This document shows positions 27,694 through 39,956 of a stretch of 64,000 nucleotides of DNA, piece by piece. This stretch comes from Proteromonas lacertae (taxonomy: Eukaryota), in NCBI GenBank assembly GCA_002245135.1, contig NGBS01000871.1:310001-374000 (forward strand), written 5' to 3'. The stretch's first letter is position 1. Every line of letters starts with the position of its first letter. The notes under the pieces were generated by a model that did no database searches, was not told where the DNA came from, and was given only the letters and a program-made list of their open reading frames with translations. A program made the translations under genes and the position numbers.

Positions 27694-28979
27694 TTACAAT
27701 ATTGATTTGTCTCCCTTCTTTCTCTTGGGTCTCTCCAGTATTTTTCTAAACCATGTGGTTGGTGCATCATCTTTTCTCACTAATTGCAACTCATAGTGCT
27801 TAAATCGAATTAATGAAAAACCTTGAATGTCATTCCCATTGATATCACCTAAATTGTATGAATATCGATTTTTCTTGATTATCTTATATACATTGTCTGA
27901 CCAGTATATGTTCTTATCCATTTTATGTCTTCTCTCTTTGAATCTCACCAAATCACCTACTTCGAAATTTTGACCAGTATGGTCCAATTTTTCATAATTC
28001 TTTAAGTTGTAGTTAATTGATTTTGTAATATTTGTTTTTGTAATTCTGGACTATGGAATACCTCATTTGGGGTATATCCTTTAATTCCTGGTAATGGCTT
28101 GTTATTATAGTCATCTATCACTTCCTGTATTATACTATCGAGTTTTAATTTATAATTCATATCTGGTATAATATGCTTATCATTGTGATCAATATCTGCC
28201 ATATATGTAGGTGCATCATATCCCAGATCCACCAAGTGTTTGTACAACAGTCTTTTTATCACACTCACTGATCTATCCAATAATGACTCTATTTTATGCT
28301 CTGAACTATCTTTTTGAAAATATGATATTCCTTCAGCATCACATAACTTCTTGATATTTGAAAAACTAGCATCAGCATCTGATAGGATACTTACCACATT
28401 TTTATGTGTTTTGTTTCCATAGGCATCTGTTTCATAATACCACTTCTGAAATGCATCCAATGTAATATCACCATATTTATTAGGCATAAATATTGCCCAT
28501 ACTTTTCTTGAATTCATTTCGATAAAATACAAATGTTCCATATCAGGTAAGAAAAACACAATATCCATTTGGAAGTACCCTGGCTTTTTGATAGTTGCGA
28601 ATGGATTATTTTTTTTATATTTGAAATCAACAATTTGTTTTCCAGGTTGTCTCCTTAAGTATTCACGTACTACATCTGGTGGTGGAGCTATATCATTCAT
28701 ACTAGACAAATGTTGTGTCATTTTGACAAATTCATTTTCATTAAGGTAATAATATTTTTTATATAGTTCATCTAAGCGTGATCGATATTGGGCAATTTGG
28801 TTTGACATTTGGTCTTCATACGAAGCCTCTCTTGTTGGATGTGTAATATTCGGTGCTCCATGGTTAATATATGTTGCAAGTGATAAGTTACCATTTGTAG
28901 GTAACGGTTTGACAGGATATGGGTTTTGGTTGCTATATGAGCTGTATAAATGTGGATCGTAACTAATAGTGTTAAACAT
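27694..28979 (-). CDS. Polinton/Maverick-like retroviral-type (rve) integrase, one frameshift near 28010
   Basis: YFQMDIVF, SRKVWAIFMPNK, ILSDADASF, LLDRSVSVIKR and DDYNNKP..IKGYTPNEV. C-terminal FEVGDLVR..K....WSDNVYKI..YNL...FKHYELQLV. One extra A at caa(a)tt would fuse the two ORFs. Confidence 0.85.
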
Positions 28980-29158
28980 ATGGTCCAAAAACAAAAAACA
29001 AAAGTAATAATGAAATTCATTTCATTATGATTATTATCTAAATTAATAGAGTTATATGTCTTTATAACAACATTTAAATATATATATATATATCCGTTTC
29101 ATATATACATATAACATTTGTTCATTGTTCAACGTTATTTCCCTTTCATTCACTTATT

Positions 29159-29942
29159 ATGAGCAACTGGAAGATACTATACAAAAACAGCTTCATTAAT
29201 GATCCAAATCCGAGCATATATAAAATTTTATGTGAGAATTTTAAGACGATTGTAGAACATGAGAAAGATTTGCAACGATATAGGTATAATATATTATTAT
29301 ATGTCTATAGCTGGAATGGTAACTTCAGTATAAGGCGTTTCACTACATGGTACAAAAGATTCACAGAAATTGAAAAGATTGATGATCGACATGAAAGGTT
29401 AAAAATGTCCAGAGTGTTGATGTCTGTCCTGCTATGTAATATCATGTATAAAGAGGATTTGGACAAAAGCATCGTATATCCATTTAATATATATTTCAAT
29501 TTTGAATCAATAGTATGATCGTATGCTTGACCATGCAATGGAGGATATGATAGAACTGACTTGTATGTATATCATACATTTCGGTGACAACGATTTAGCA
29601 AAATGCGAAAAAGAAGAAAACAAGAATTCGAAAGGAGATATAGTTTACAGAAGTACTGCTGAAAGTATGGTAAGTAGTAAAGTCTCTGTAGCATCGTTGT
29701 TTGATAATCTGGATGATGATGATGACAACAACAACAAGTTGTTAAAGGTGGTATCCACAAAAAGAAAGCGCAGTACATCTAAAACTCCAAGATTCAAAAG
29801 AAAGAAATTATATCAAAAAAACATTTCAACCAAAAATCAAAAACAAGAAGATAGTACTACAGAGGAAGATGATGATGATAACTTCTCACAATTTATAGTA
29901 GATGATGATAATGAGGAGCCAGAGTACCAAAATGATTATTAA
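29159..29942 (+). CDS. Hypothetical protein(s): ORFs 29159-29518 and 29523-29942, possibly one frameshifted gene; basic NLS-like and acidic C-terminus
   Basis: Adjacent co-oriented ORFs 4 nt apart. KRKR/RFKRKK clusters and a D/E-rich tail. Confidence 0.5.
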
Positions 29943-30116
29943 TCTCTGGTCCTAATTGGTTCAAATGATTGATTGTGTTTGTGTGGGAGTGTTGTATTCA
30001 TAATTTACATAATTAATTAGCATTATAACAAGTCTTATAAGAAATTTCAATAATAGAAAAATAGATGCGTTTCAAAAATGATTTGGTTTGAATTCCATTT
30101 TTTTGTTTTTTATTAC

Positions 30117-30168
30117 ATAGGATGGTCACTATATGGTGTCATATCACACCATGTGTTGACCATCCTAT
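30117..30168. repeat. Imperfect palindrome/hairpin with ~23-bp arms
   Basis: ataggatggtca-ctatatggtgt ... acaccatgtgt-tgaccatcctat. Confidence 0.85.
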
Positions 30169-30304
30169 TGAGATTGTTTTTTGAATTTTTTTAAGAAATT
30201 ATATTTCGATTATGATCAGAAAGTCAAACTAAGGGCATATATGAGCCCAGCATAAATAGAGAAATCGATTGATGTATTTATTATTGTCTAATTATGTTTC
30301 TAAT

Positions 30305-30401
30305 GGTCAAAAAACAATATGGGGAAATAGCACACATTGAAATGGCTATTTTTTTGGATCAAAAACACATATAGGGAAATGGCACACTGTGCTATTTCCC
30401 C
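30305..30401. repeat. Direct plus inverted ggg(g)aaat(a/g)gcacac motifs, transposon-end-like
   Basis: tcaaaaaacaatatggggaaatagcacac and tcaaaaacacatatagggaaatggcacac, followed by inverted tgtgctatttcccc. Confidence 0.7.
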
Positions 30402-30419
30402 CTTTCTTTCATTATTATT

Positions 30420-30890
30420 GTGTTATTATAGATGAAAGCGATATTGCAGAATATCTAGTAAATGTTATACAAAGAACATTATCTAAATATGGAATTCCAT
30501 TAGACAAAGTTTATAGTATAGTATCAGATAATAGTCCTACGATGAGAAAGCTGTCACAACTAGTAGAAACAAAAACGAAGCACATTTAGCACATATTTTT
30601 AATATTGTAAGTAAAAGAATACTTGAGATAGAAAAATATAAAAGATGTTATGGTTCATGTGAATTAAGAAATGATTTTGGTATTTCATTTTCTACAAATA
30701 CAAAACAGTCTTGGTGAAGAAAAAAGTAATATAATTATAAAATATATATTAGATAATTTTAGTGGGATTAGCATTATTAATTTAGCAGATGAATTATTTT
30801 ATTTTAAGAAACATAAGGTTTATAACAATTAAGAGAGTGAATCAAGTGAAGGAGAAAAGTCTGAAGTTGAAATAGTCATTACTCATAAAT
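30420..30890 (+). pseudogene. Internally deleted hAT transposase remnant
   Basis: IAEYLVNVIQRTLSKYGIPLDKVYSIVSDNSPTM (second catalytic Asp region), then an AHIF remnant of CxxH and an acidic tail, upstream of the right terminus. Confidence 0.65.
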
Positions 30891-31285
30891 TATTATTATA
30901 TAATAATCGAATTATTATTTCTTATGATGTTTATTATTTATTTCAAAACTTCTGACTTATTTACTTTTCTAAAATATAAAAAATAAATTAATGAAATTCA
31001 TATTTACTCTTTTAGTTAGGAAAAACACGTCACTTTCGTGATTTGTGCTGTTCCTGTGCTGTTCTTGTGCCGTTCCGTCCCTGTGCCTGCCGAACCCAGG
31101 TCATTTCAAATATTATCGTAAATTTAGTGAATCAAATAAAAAATATTTGTTGTTGTATTTCGAGCTAAATAATATTTATGTATTTGTTTCTCATTTACAT
31201 TCATCAAATTAATTTTAAAAACAAACAATATAATATAAAAACAAAGAAATAAAGAAAGAAATTATTAATATAATAAAAAATAAAC

Positions 31286-33091
31286 TTAGATTGTAGATTT
31301 TGAGCATTCTCTTTGGCGATAATCACTACCATCTATATAACCATCTTGAAAACCATTTAGAGCATCTTCTTCATCATATCCATTATAATAATCTTCAAAT
31401 TTTAGATTATTAAACCCACACTTAAATCCATATTCATATGATAAAACATAATTTTTACTGTATATTACTTTTTCTATTTTATCTTCGATTATTATCTCTT
31501 TTATACTTATTTCTTTTTCTTTCATATCTTTCATTTTCTTCTTTATTTCTTCATTTTCGTTTTCAGTCACTCTTATTTCTAGTTATATTATATATTGAGA
31601 AGATATATATATACTATCAATTTTTAATATCTTAAAACTATCTAACTTTAACATACCATCCATTAATTCTATTATATTTTTACTTTTTAAATATTCTCCA
31701 CATATGTCTAAACATTCTAAACATTCATATTTTTCCATATTCTTAATGAATGTTCTTATATCACTTATCTTATTACCACTTATATATAACTCTTTTAATC
31801 TCTTAACATTACATAAACTATTACATAACTCTTCAAATCCTTTGTTACATATATCACAATTGTTTAAACTAACTATCTCTAATTTGGATAATTTCTTTAT
31901 ATTTTTACACAACTCATTTATATCAACTTCACCAACTCCATTATTATCAAATCGAAATTCTATCAATTCACTAAATTTAGACAAATTACTTATTATCTCA
32001 TGATTACTTATCACAAATCGACCATTGTCTACCAAACTCAATCTTTTCAAATTTTCATTATTTCGATATATTAATTTCTCTATTCCATTACTCACCATAT
32101 TCTTTTTATCATTTATACTGGTAGATATATATTTAATGTGAAACGTTTCTAACGTAACTGGAAGTTTATTTATTAAATCAATCATGATACTATCATTTAT
32201 ATAATCATAAAATAATTTCAATTTCTTCAAATTTTGAAATTTACTAATCACATCTGCAAATTTCACATTTATAATTTCCATATTACATAGCTCTATATTT
32301 TCTAGATTATCCTTTTTTGGTAATAAACGAAGTATATCTATAACATCATCACATGAAAAGTCTCTTAAACTAATTGTCTTCAACTTCTTTAAATCACTAA
32401 TTTTATCTTCCAATTCATTATAAATATTTGTACTTTCATCAAATGTATAAACATTATGTATTTCAAGAGTTGATATTTTAGATAAATTTACATCTTTTAA
32501 TAATGATTTTATTTTACCACTTTTATAGAAGATATTGGTTAAGGTTAAATGTTCCAGCTGTGGAGCATTTTTCATTATTTTATTTAAAAATTCGATTGTA
32601 TCATTAACATCATTTACATGTGGTACTACTATTCACAAATATATTATTATTATTATTATTATTATCATACATTTCACATTTACCTTTTTTAACTTCTCAT
32701 GACACTTCTCTTCGTATTCACTAAAACAATCATCATTACTATCATCGCAGAAATCACAGTTAAAACTTATCTCACTCAAATCATACAAATTCTTGGAATA
32801 TTTAAATATATTTCGTATGTCATTAGGCACTAATATTATATCATCATTTAACCATTCGCTAGCATCACTGTATTCTAGAAAATGCATTATATTAACTCTT
32901 ATACTAAGATTCATATCATCTTCTATTTCACTATCACTAGATTTATTATTATCAACGAGTTTTATCTCAGCTAGATTAATAATTACACAGTTTACTATAC
33001 CATCACTCTCCGATTCAATTTCACACTCTCTATTGGTATCATTTTTATTGCATCTAAGTGGTATATACTTTTCTACTTCTTTTGTGGACAT
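31286..33091 (-). CDS. RNI-like leucine-rich-repeat protein, copy 2 (apparently intact), 2 introns
   Basis: ORFs 32633-33091, 31583-32575 and 31286-31570 join through GT-AG introns. LRR consensus present. Confidence 0.82.
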
Positions 33092-33449
33092 TCAATGTAA
33101 AAACAAAAAAAAAAAAATTGAAGTAATAGTTACACGTAAATTACATCATTTTCACCATTTCATAGTAAAATTTTACTATTTGAAACGATAAAACATAAAT
33201 CCTTATTCTGAATAAAAAATAATTGTAACATATAATAGAAGCATATCTCATACGAAGACAAGATATTTTAGTGTTTTAAATTTGATGAATAATAGCTGGT
33301 TTTCACGCTTCCATCGCTGCAGATAGAGCAATGATTGCATGTGAAACATTTTCAAATATTATCGTTTCTCTCTTTAAAATTCTATTTGAAAAATCGAATA
33401 AAACATACAATTCTGAGTATTAAATAAGAATATAATATATAACAAATAA

Positions 33450-36400
33450 TTAATTACTAAAATCATCTTCAAATGTCGATTCCTGTTTTAACTCAATATT
33501 TTCAGTTGAATTATTATCTATTTCAGTTGTTTGTGATTCCATTGGCGTATAATATTCATCATTATTATTTACATCGATTTCTGGTTTTTCTTCATTCTCT
33601 TCAACATCTTTTACAGATTCTCTTAATAATTCTTCTGTTGGTATTTCATTTACATTATCACTTTCTTCGGTAGATGGTTTATTATTAACTGATAATTCTT
33701 CTTCTTCTTCTTCTTCTTCTTTTGTTTCTTTTTCTGTCGATGGATTTTCACTCATATTTTCAAACTCATCTTCTGATGGTTTTACTTCAACTGATTCTTC
33801 TTTATCTTCTTTATCTTTTTGTGGATTTTCTTCTTCTTTTGGTTGTTGTATTTCATTTGATTGTTCTTGTTCAGTTTCTTCTTTTTGTTCTTTAGATGGT
33901 TTCTCACTCATATTTTCAAATTCATCTTCTGATAATTTATTATCTACTGATGCTTCTTTTGTTTCACCTTCTTTTTGTTGTTCTTCCTCCTTTAATTCTT
34001 GCAGTTCTTCTTCTTCATCATTATTATCAGCTTTCACTTCTTCCTCTTCCTTTAATTCTTGTGGTTGTTCTTCTTTTGAAGGTTTTTCGCTTATTTCTTC
34101 AAATTCTTCTGAAGATGGTTTATTTCCAACTTCTTCTTCATTATTCTCTTCTTTTGTTTCATCATGTGATGTTTCTTGTAATGCTACATGTGGTTCTTCT
34201 GTCGATTGTTCTTCTTCCTTTGTTTCTTCAGATGTTTTTTCTTTATTGACATCTTCTTCTTTGAAAGGTTCTTCATTTACATCTTCAAACTCATCTTCTG
34301 TAGATGGTTTAACATTAACTGTTTCTCCTTTTAGTTCATCCTCTTGTGGTTGTTGTTCTTCTTCTACAGGTTCTTCTTTTGACAGTTTTTCATTCTCATC
34401 TTTCAATTCATCTTCACTATGCTTTATACCAGTAGATTCTTCTTTTGTTTCTTCTTCTTCTTCTTCTTCTTCGTTTACTTCTTCTTTTGATGGTTCTTCA
34501 TATATTTCTTCAAATCCATCTTCTTTAACATCACCATTTTCTTCTTCTTCTTCATTATTATTATTATTATCTTCAACACTTTCTTGTGCATTTTCATAAT
34601 ATCCTTCACCATTATTATTCTCATCATCAAATTCTGTTATAAATGTACCTCCAGGAATCTTTTGTACATTACTTGTATTATTATTATTATTATTAACATT
34701 AGTATGTAAAACAGAACTTTCACTTTCAAACACAGTTGAACCATCTTCTTCTTCTTCTTCACCATTCTTATCATCCAATAAAGTCGATAATTCAGCAACA
34801 GTTGGACGATTATCCACTTTATTTGGTATTTCAGAATCAGCACTTGTATACATTATCTCTAAAGTTGGATCTAATATTGTATCTTGGGAATATTCAACTG
34901 AATTATCTGCTGAACTTAGTGTATCTTGTTTATAAGCATTGTCATCCATTATCATGATAGGTGGTAAAGCAATGGTGGATTTATTATTCTGTTTATTGTT
35001 ATTATTATCATCATCTTCTTCATCTTTCTTGAAATCAGTATCTTCAAATTCATTTTCATCATCAAAGTCTAAATTATCAGTACTTTGATCATTGATCATC
35101 ATTTGTTTTGGATCTAATGAAACATCATTATAATCAGAAAGAGATTCGTTATCTGATTCATCATCAAATTTGTCTTGTTTTACATCATCTTCTTCTGCTT
35201 TCTTCATGTTTATATAACTTGCATTATGTGTGTTTTCTTCACTACCATCTGTTGCTGCTTGGGATGAAATATCATTATTATTTTCTTCGTTATTACTGTT
35301 GTGATTTTCATTCTCTTTATTTACTAATGGTTCTGGTGTGTTAATATTTTCTTCATCTTCTTCTTTTATTGAATCAAATTCATTTCCTTTTTCTCCATCT
35401 TCTCTTCTATTTTTATCACTACTACTACTACTACTTCTTCTTCTTCTTTCCTCTTCTGTTTCATCATCAATATTTTCACTTTCACCTTCACCTTCACCTT
35501 CACCTTCACCTTCACCTTCACCTTCACCTTGTTGTTGTTGTTCTTCTTGCTGTTGCTTTTCTAAATATACTTCCAACATCTTTTCCAACTCTTCTTCTTC
35601 ATCATTATATACTGTTCTTCCCTTTGATTTTGGTCTTCCTCTTATGATACTATTTGAAGGTACAAATGGTGGAATTGGCTTCATTGTTTGAGCATAAGGA
35701 GTATTCTTAATTTTCATTGGACTATTCTGCTTTGAATTATTATTATTATTATTCTTTATTGCAGGTAAATTAGTATCAACAACTGCTTTGGATTTAGATT
35801 GATATGGGTTTCGACGTAGTAACTTGGAGCGATATTTTCGCTTCATTAATAGTCGTTTCATTGCTTTTGTCAAAAACATAAAATCCAAAGGATCTCTTGG
35901 GATTGTTTTTAATTTGATTGTATTTATATCAATACATCCTTTTATGCTTTCCAATTGTTCTTGTGTTATTTCTCTTGTATCATATTCTCTTAATTCATTT
36001 AATATTACATCAAATGGGATTAATGATTTATATACTTCTTCTTGATCTTCAATTTCAGTGGATATTGTCAATATATAAATTACATTTGCTACTAAAGTCA
36101 TCGTATTTGGTATTACTTTTGATTGATATAATTCTTCTATTGCATTGGGACTTACATTGTTTAATAATTTGATATAATCACTTTCACTTATTGTTACAGA
36201 ACCATCAGCAGAACTATAAATAATAATAAATAAATAAATATACACTACAACTGGTGATTCTTTTCTTTTATACAATAATTGATTAGATGAATGCATAGAT
36301 ATTACATTCTGATATTTTGGAGAAATAGGCTTGAGTGCAGTTCGATCTTCACCACATGATAATTCAAAACTTACTCTACTATTGATCTCCTGTAGTTTCT

Positions 36401-37547
36401 TCAAATCTTCTACTTGTTGATTTGCTTCAAATGACCATAATTCAACTTCTTTATTATCGTCAATATCAGGAGGTGGCATACTTTTGGTTGTATTTGATTT
36501 CCTCTTGTAGGGTGAATTATTATTGTTTTTGACTGTTGAGGTTCGTGCAGATCCTGGATAATTCTTTTGTGGACCATCTTCAGGATGATATACTCTCTAC
36601 AATTATTATATTAATAAATGTATAAATAAATAACTATACGTTTAATATAAATTCTTGTGCTTCTTTCAATTGTTGTACATTTACTTGAGCTCCTGAAGCA
36701 TTATCTGATATGATTTTATCATTATATTCATCAGAATCACTGTTTAATATATCTGGTGGAATTAATAATGGATTATTTTCACTTTCTCCACCTAACATAT
36801 CGATTATTACTGGATTATAGATTAAATTTAACTATTTTAATAATATTAATAATAATAAAAGTATATACAGAATCATTATATAATTTAATAATATAATTCA
36901 CATTATGATGTTTATAAATATATTCATTCTTCATTACATTTTCCCACTGTTTTATTGATTCTACTAATTCATAACATATTCCTCTATAATTCATCAAACA
37001 CTCAGATAAAGCTATAAATATAAATATAAATATATAAAATATACTAACTGTATCATTTTTTGATATTGACTTTTGTATTTCATTGAATAATCCATCTCTT
37101 ATTAAAATGTCTTTGACTAATTTCACTTCTATTGAATGTTTATCTGTTTCTGATGATGGAACTAAAAGACGATATTTGGATGGTAGTGGTTTTAATTTTT
37201 TTTCATATCTTAAACGAGGAACTGGCTGCGAAGCTCGTTTGAATCTTTGTGTTCCACCATACATCTATTAAATAAAAAATGTATTTATACCTTATCAAGA
37301 GATATTACTTTTGGAGGAAAAATGTCACTATCTTCATCATAATCATAAATTGATGGATCTCTTGGATCTTTCCAACCAGCCTATTAATCATCAATAAATT
37401 AAATCATACTTCTCTGAGTATTCTGTGTGTTTGATTTAATGCTTTTCTGTTCAATCTTCTCTCTCTTCTCTCCCTTTCTTTACCAAACACCTCCTCCTTA
37501 GAGACAGTTGCATCAGGCCTCCCAACAAAGAAATTTCTATTAGACAT
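33450..37547 (-). CDS. Large multi-exon protein of unknown function with a very long Glu/Asp-rich disordered C-terminal half
   Basis: ATG at 37547 (MSNRNFFVGRPD). Successive ~30-nt GT-AG introns link to ORFs 36815-37264 and 33450-36479. Coding (ccttca)n Gly-Glu repeat at ~35480-35530. Confidence 0.7.
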
Positions 37548-37747
37548 TCAATTTATTTTCGCCTTTACAAACAAAAAATAAATAAAAAACGGTTTGATTT
37601 GTCGAGCTTTATTCAAATCAAATTTGAAATTTTAATGTGATAGAGATAGAACCTGATTATGAAAATCGAATTTTCAGATTAATTTCAATCACATTCATAT
37701 ACTTACAACAACAAATATATTTAAAAAATACAATTAATATTAAAAAA

Positions 37748-38433
37748 TTATTTTTCACCAGCTTCAATAATCTTTTCATACATTTTCTTTCCTCCATACT
37801 GTGAAAATCTTGAGAAACGAGAACCAGCACTTGTCAATCTAACTCCATCTTTATCTGTTCCAGTCCAAACAACGTACACTTGTAATTTACTATATGCATC
37901 CACAGGACATCCATAGCCTCGATAATATCCTTCTTTTACTAGTTCATATTCTTCATCTTCCAAGTAATACGAAATATCATTACAACTACCTTCACAAATA
38001 CTTTTACAATAATTACTGTCTGTATCATCGTATGTAATTCCAGTTAATACTCCGTCTTTTAAATGAATAACAGCTGTATGTACTGGATAATATAAACTGT
38101 CATATCTATATGACTTGAAAAGAGCTTTTGAATCATTTCTCATTCCAACTGTATCACTTGTAATTCTAAAATATAATGCATCACTACCTTTAGTTAACTC
38201 AGCTGTAACAGTATATTAAATAAAAAAGTGTATATACTATCATTTCGAATAGTTAATCTTGCCATTTTATCCACTTTTACTTTGAATGCATAAGCTTTAG
38301 TGCTGTTACCAATATGCAAACAAACAAGTGTATCCTCTCCAGCTACTTGTTTTTTAAGTGTACCTACATGACAAGCACTTGTTATAGATATTAATATCAC
38401 TAATAATAAAAGCGAATATGAGTGAGAAGACAT
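37748..38433 (-). CDS. Small Cys-containing secreted protein of unknown function, 1 intron
   Basis: Signal-peptide-like LLLLVILISITSA. An intron near 38205-38236 joins the two ORFs. C-terminal QVYVVWTGTDKDGVRLTSAG. Confidence 0.75.
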
Positions 38434-38493
38434 AGATTTTTTTATTAAATTTTTTGTTGATCAAGCCCAAAGTTTGAATTAATAGAATTAAAA

Positions 38494-39930
38494 ATGGCAA
38501 TATATCGTGAATCATGCACTATTGATTCAAACTCAAAAGATTTTACTGTTGGAGATTTCTCTTTCACTCAACAGGTATGATTTATTTTTAACCCGCCAAT
38601 AGTATTGTCGATTATATCAAAAAAGACTATCAATAATGAAAAAATATTTTGGTTCAATCGTAAAAGCAAAATGGGGATTGGAGGAAAGTGAGTGTAATCA
38701 ACGTATATTTTTGATTATTGACTAACTTGTTATAGATTCAATAGTTGATATAGATAATTCTAGAACATGTTCAGTTGTAGGAATTATATACAAAGACATG
38801 AAATTACAAAAGTCATTATTGGAAAAGATTGAAGTATATTTATATAGTGATTATAGTGAATAAATAGTCTACAGAACAAATTACTGCTGTATCATCTCAC
38901 AAACCAGGAAAATATGTATCAGACACTGACACATTATACTTAGAAGATGAATCAGGAAGAATAAAGCTAGTAGGGACAAACAGTAATAACTTAGAACCGT
39001 CAAAATTCTTAACAGGAATGATAATTTGTGTATTAGGTTCAGTAAATAATAATATATTTATATGTAAAGACTATTGTTTTCCAGAATCTGCTCCATCTAT
39101 TCCTTATCCACTAATTGAGAAAGATGAATATGTTTTATTTATTTCAGGTATGTCTATATCCAATACAACAGATATTACACCATTTGAATTATTATTACAG
39201 TATTTAAGAGGATGTTTAGGTATTGATGAAATGAAATATAAACCTCAGAATATTATTCAAATGATAATAGCAGGTAATTCATTACAAATTGATGATGAAG
39301 TGTTTTTGAATAAACAGTCGAAAAGAGATGAGAAAGAACAGACAATTCAACCATTGTTGTTGTTAGATACAATTGTTTCAGAAGTATTTATTTATTTTTT
39401 CTATTTTAATTGTCTAGTTTGCTGCTACTCTTCCTACTTCCATAATGCCAGGAAATGATGATCCAACCAACTACGCTCTACCTCAACAACCAATCAATAA
39501 ATGTTTATTACCAAAATCAAGTTGTTATTCCACATTCTATTCATCTTCTAATCCAAATACATTCATATTGAATAATTCAATTCATATTTATGGTAATACA
39601 GGTGAAATGATTGATACAATGATGGATTATTCAAGTTATGATAATGCATTAGAGTTAATGGAAAAGACTTTGTTATTTAGACATTATATGCCTTCTGCTC
39701 CTGATACTTTGGGCTGTTTTCCTTTTTATGATAATGATCCATTTATTGTAAAAGAAATTCCCCATATTTATTTTACTAGTAATCAGAAGAGATTTCAGCA
39801 GAAAGTGATTGATTTTAATGGGTCAAAAGTGTTGTTGTTGAGTATTCCAGCCTTTATTGAAACAAAGACTGCTGTTTTAGTGAATTTAAAGAATTTTGAA
39901 TGTAACACAATACAGTTAGGTAAGAATTAA
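38494..39930 (+). CDS. POLD2: DNA polymerase delta small (B) subunit, multi-exon
   Basis: FTQQ|YCRLYQKRL, LYLEDESGRI, IIAGNS, MPGNDDPTNYALPQQP and RHYMPSAPDTLGCFPFYDNDPF. Confidence 0.95.
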
Positions 39931-39956
39931 ATGACAATATTATTCTTTTGTTTTTG

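Larger units (their letters stand above)
19918..31100. mobile_element. ~11.2-kb segment bounded by inverted hAT-like termini, carrying a Polinton/virus-like cassette
   Basis: Left end cctgtgttaggcagg-acaggg versus reverse complement of right end cctgggttcggcaggcacaggg. Both have GC-rich subterminal repeats and an aaatca..aaag(t)gacgt motif. No matching TSD seen. Confidence 0.65.

Noticed and set aside
22300..30400. Complete Polinton/Maverick or virophage
   Set aside because: No recognisable pPolB, packaging ATPase (Walker A), capsid ORF or long TIR pair.
19910..31108. Target-site duplication for the hAT-bounded segment
   Set aside because: Flanks (ttttatac or cttttata versus gtcatttc or tcatttca) do not match in any register tried.
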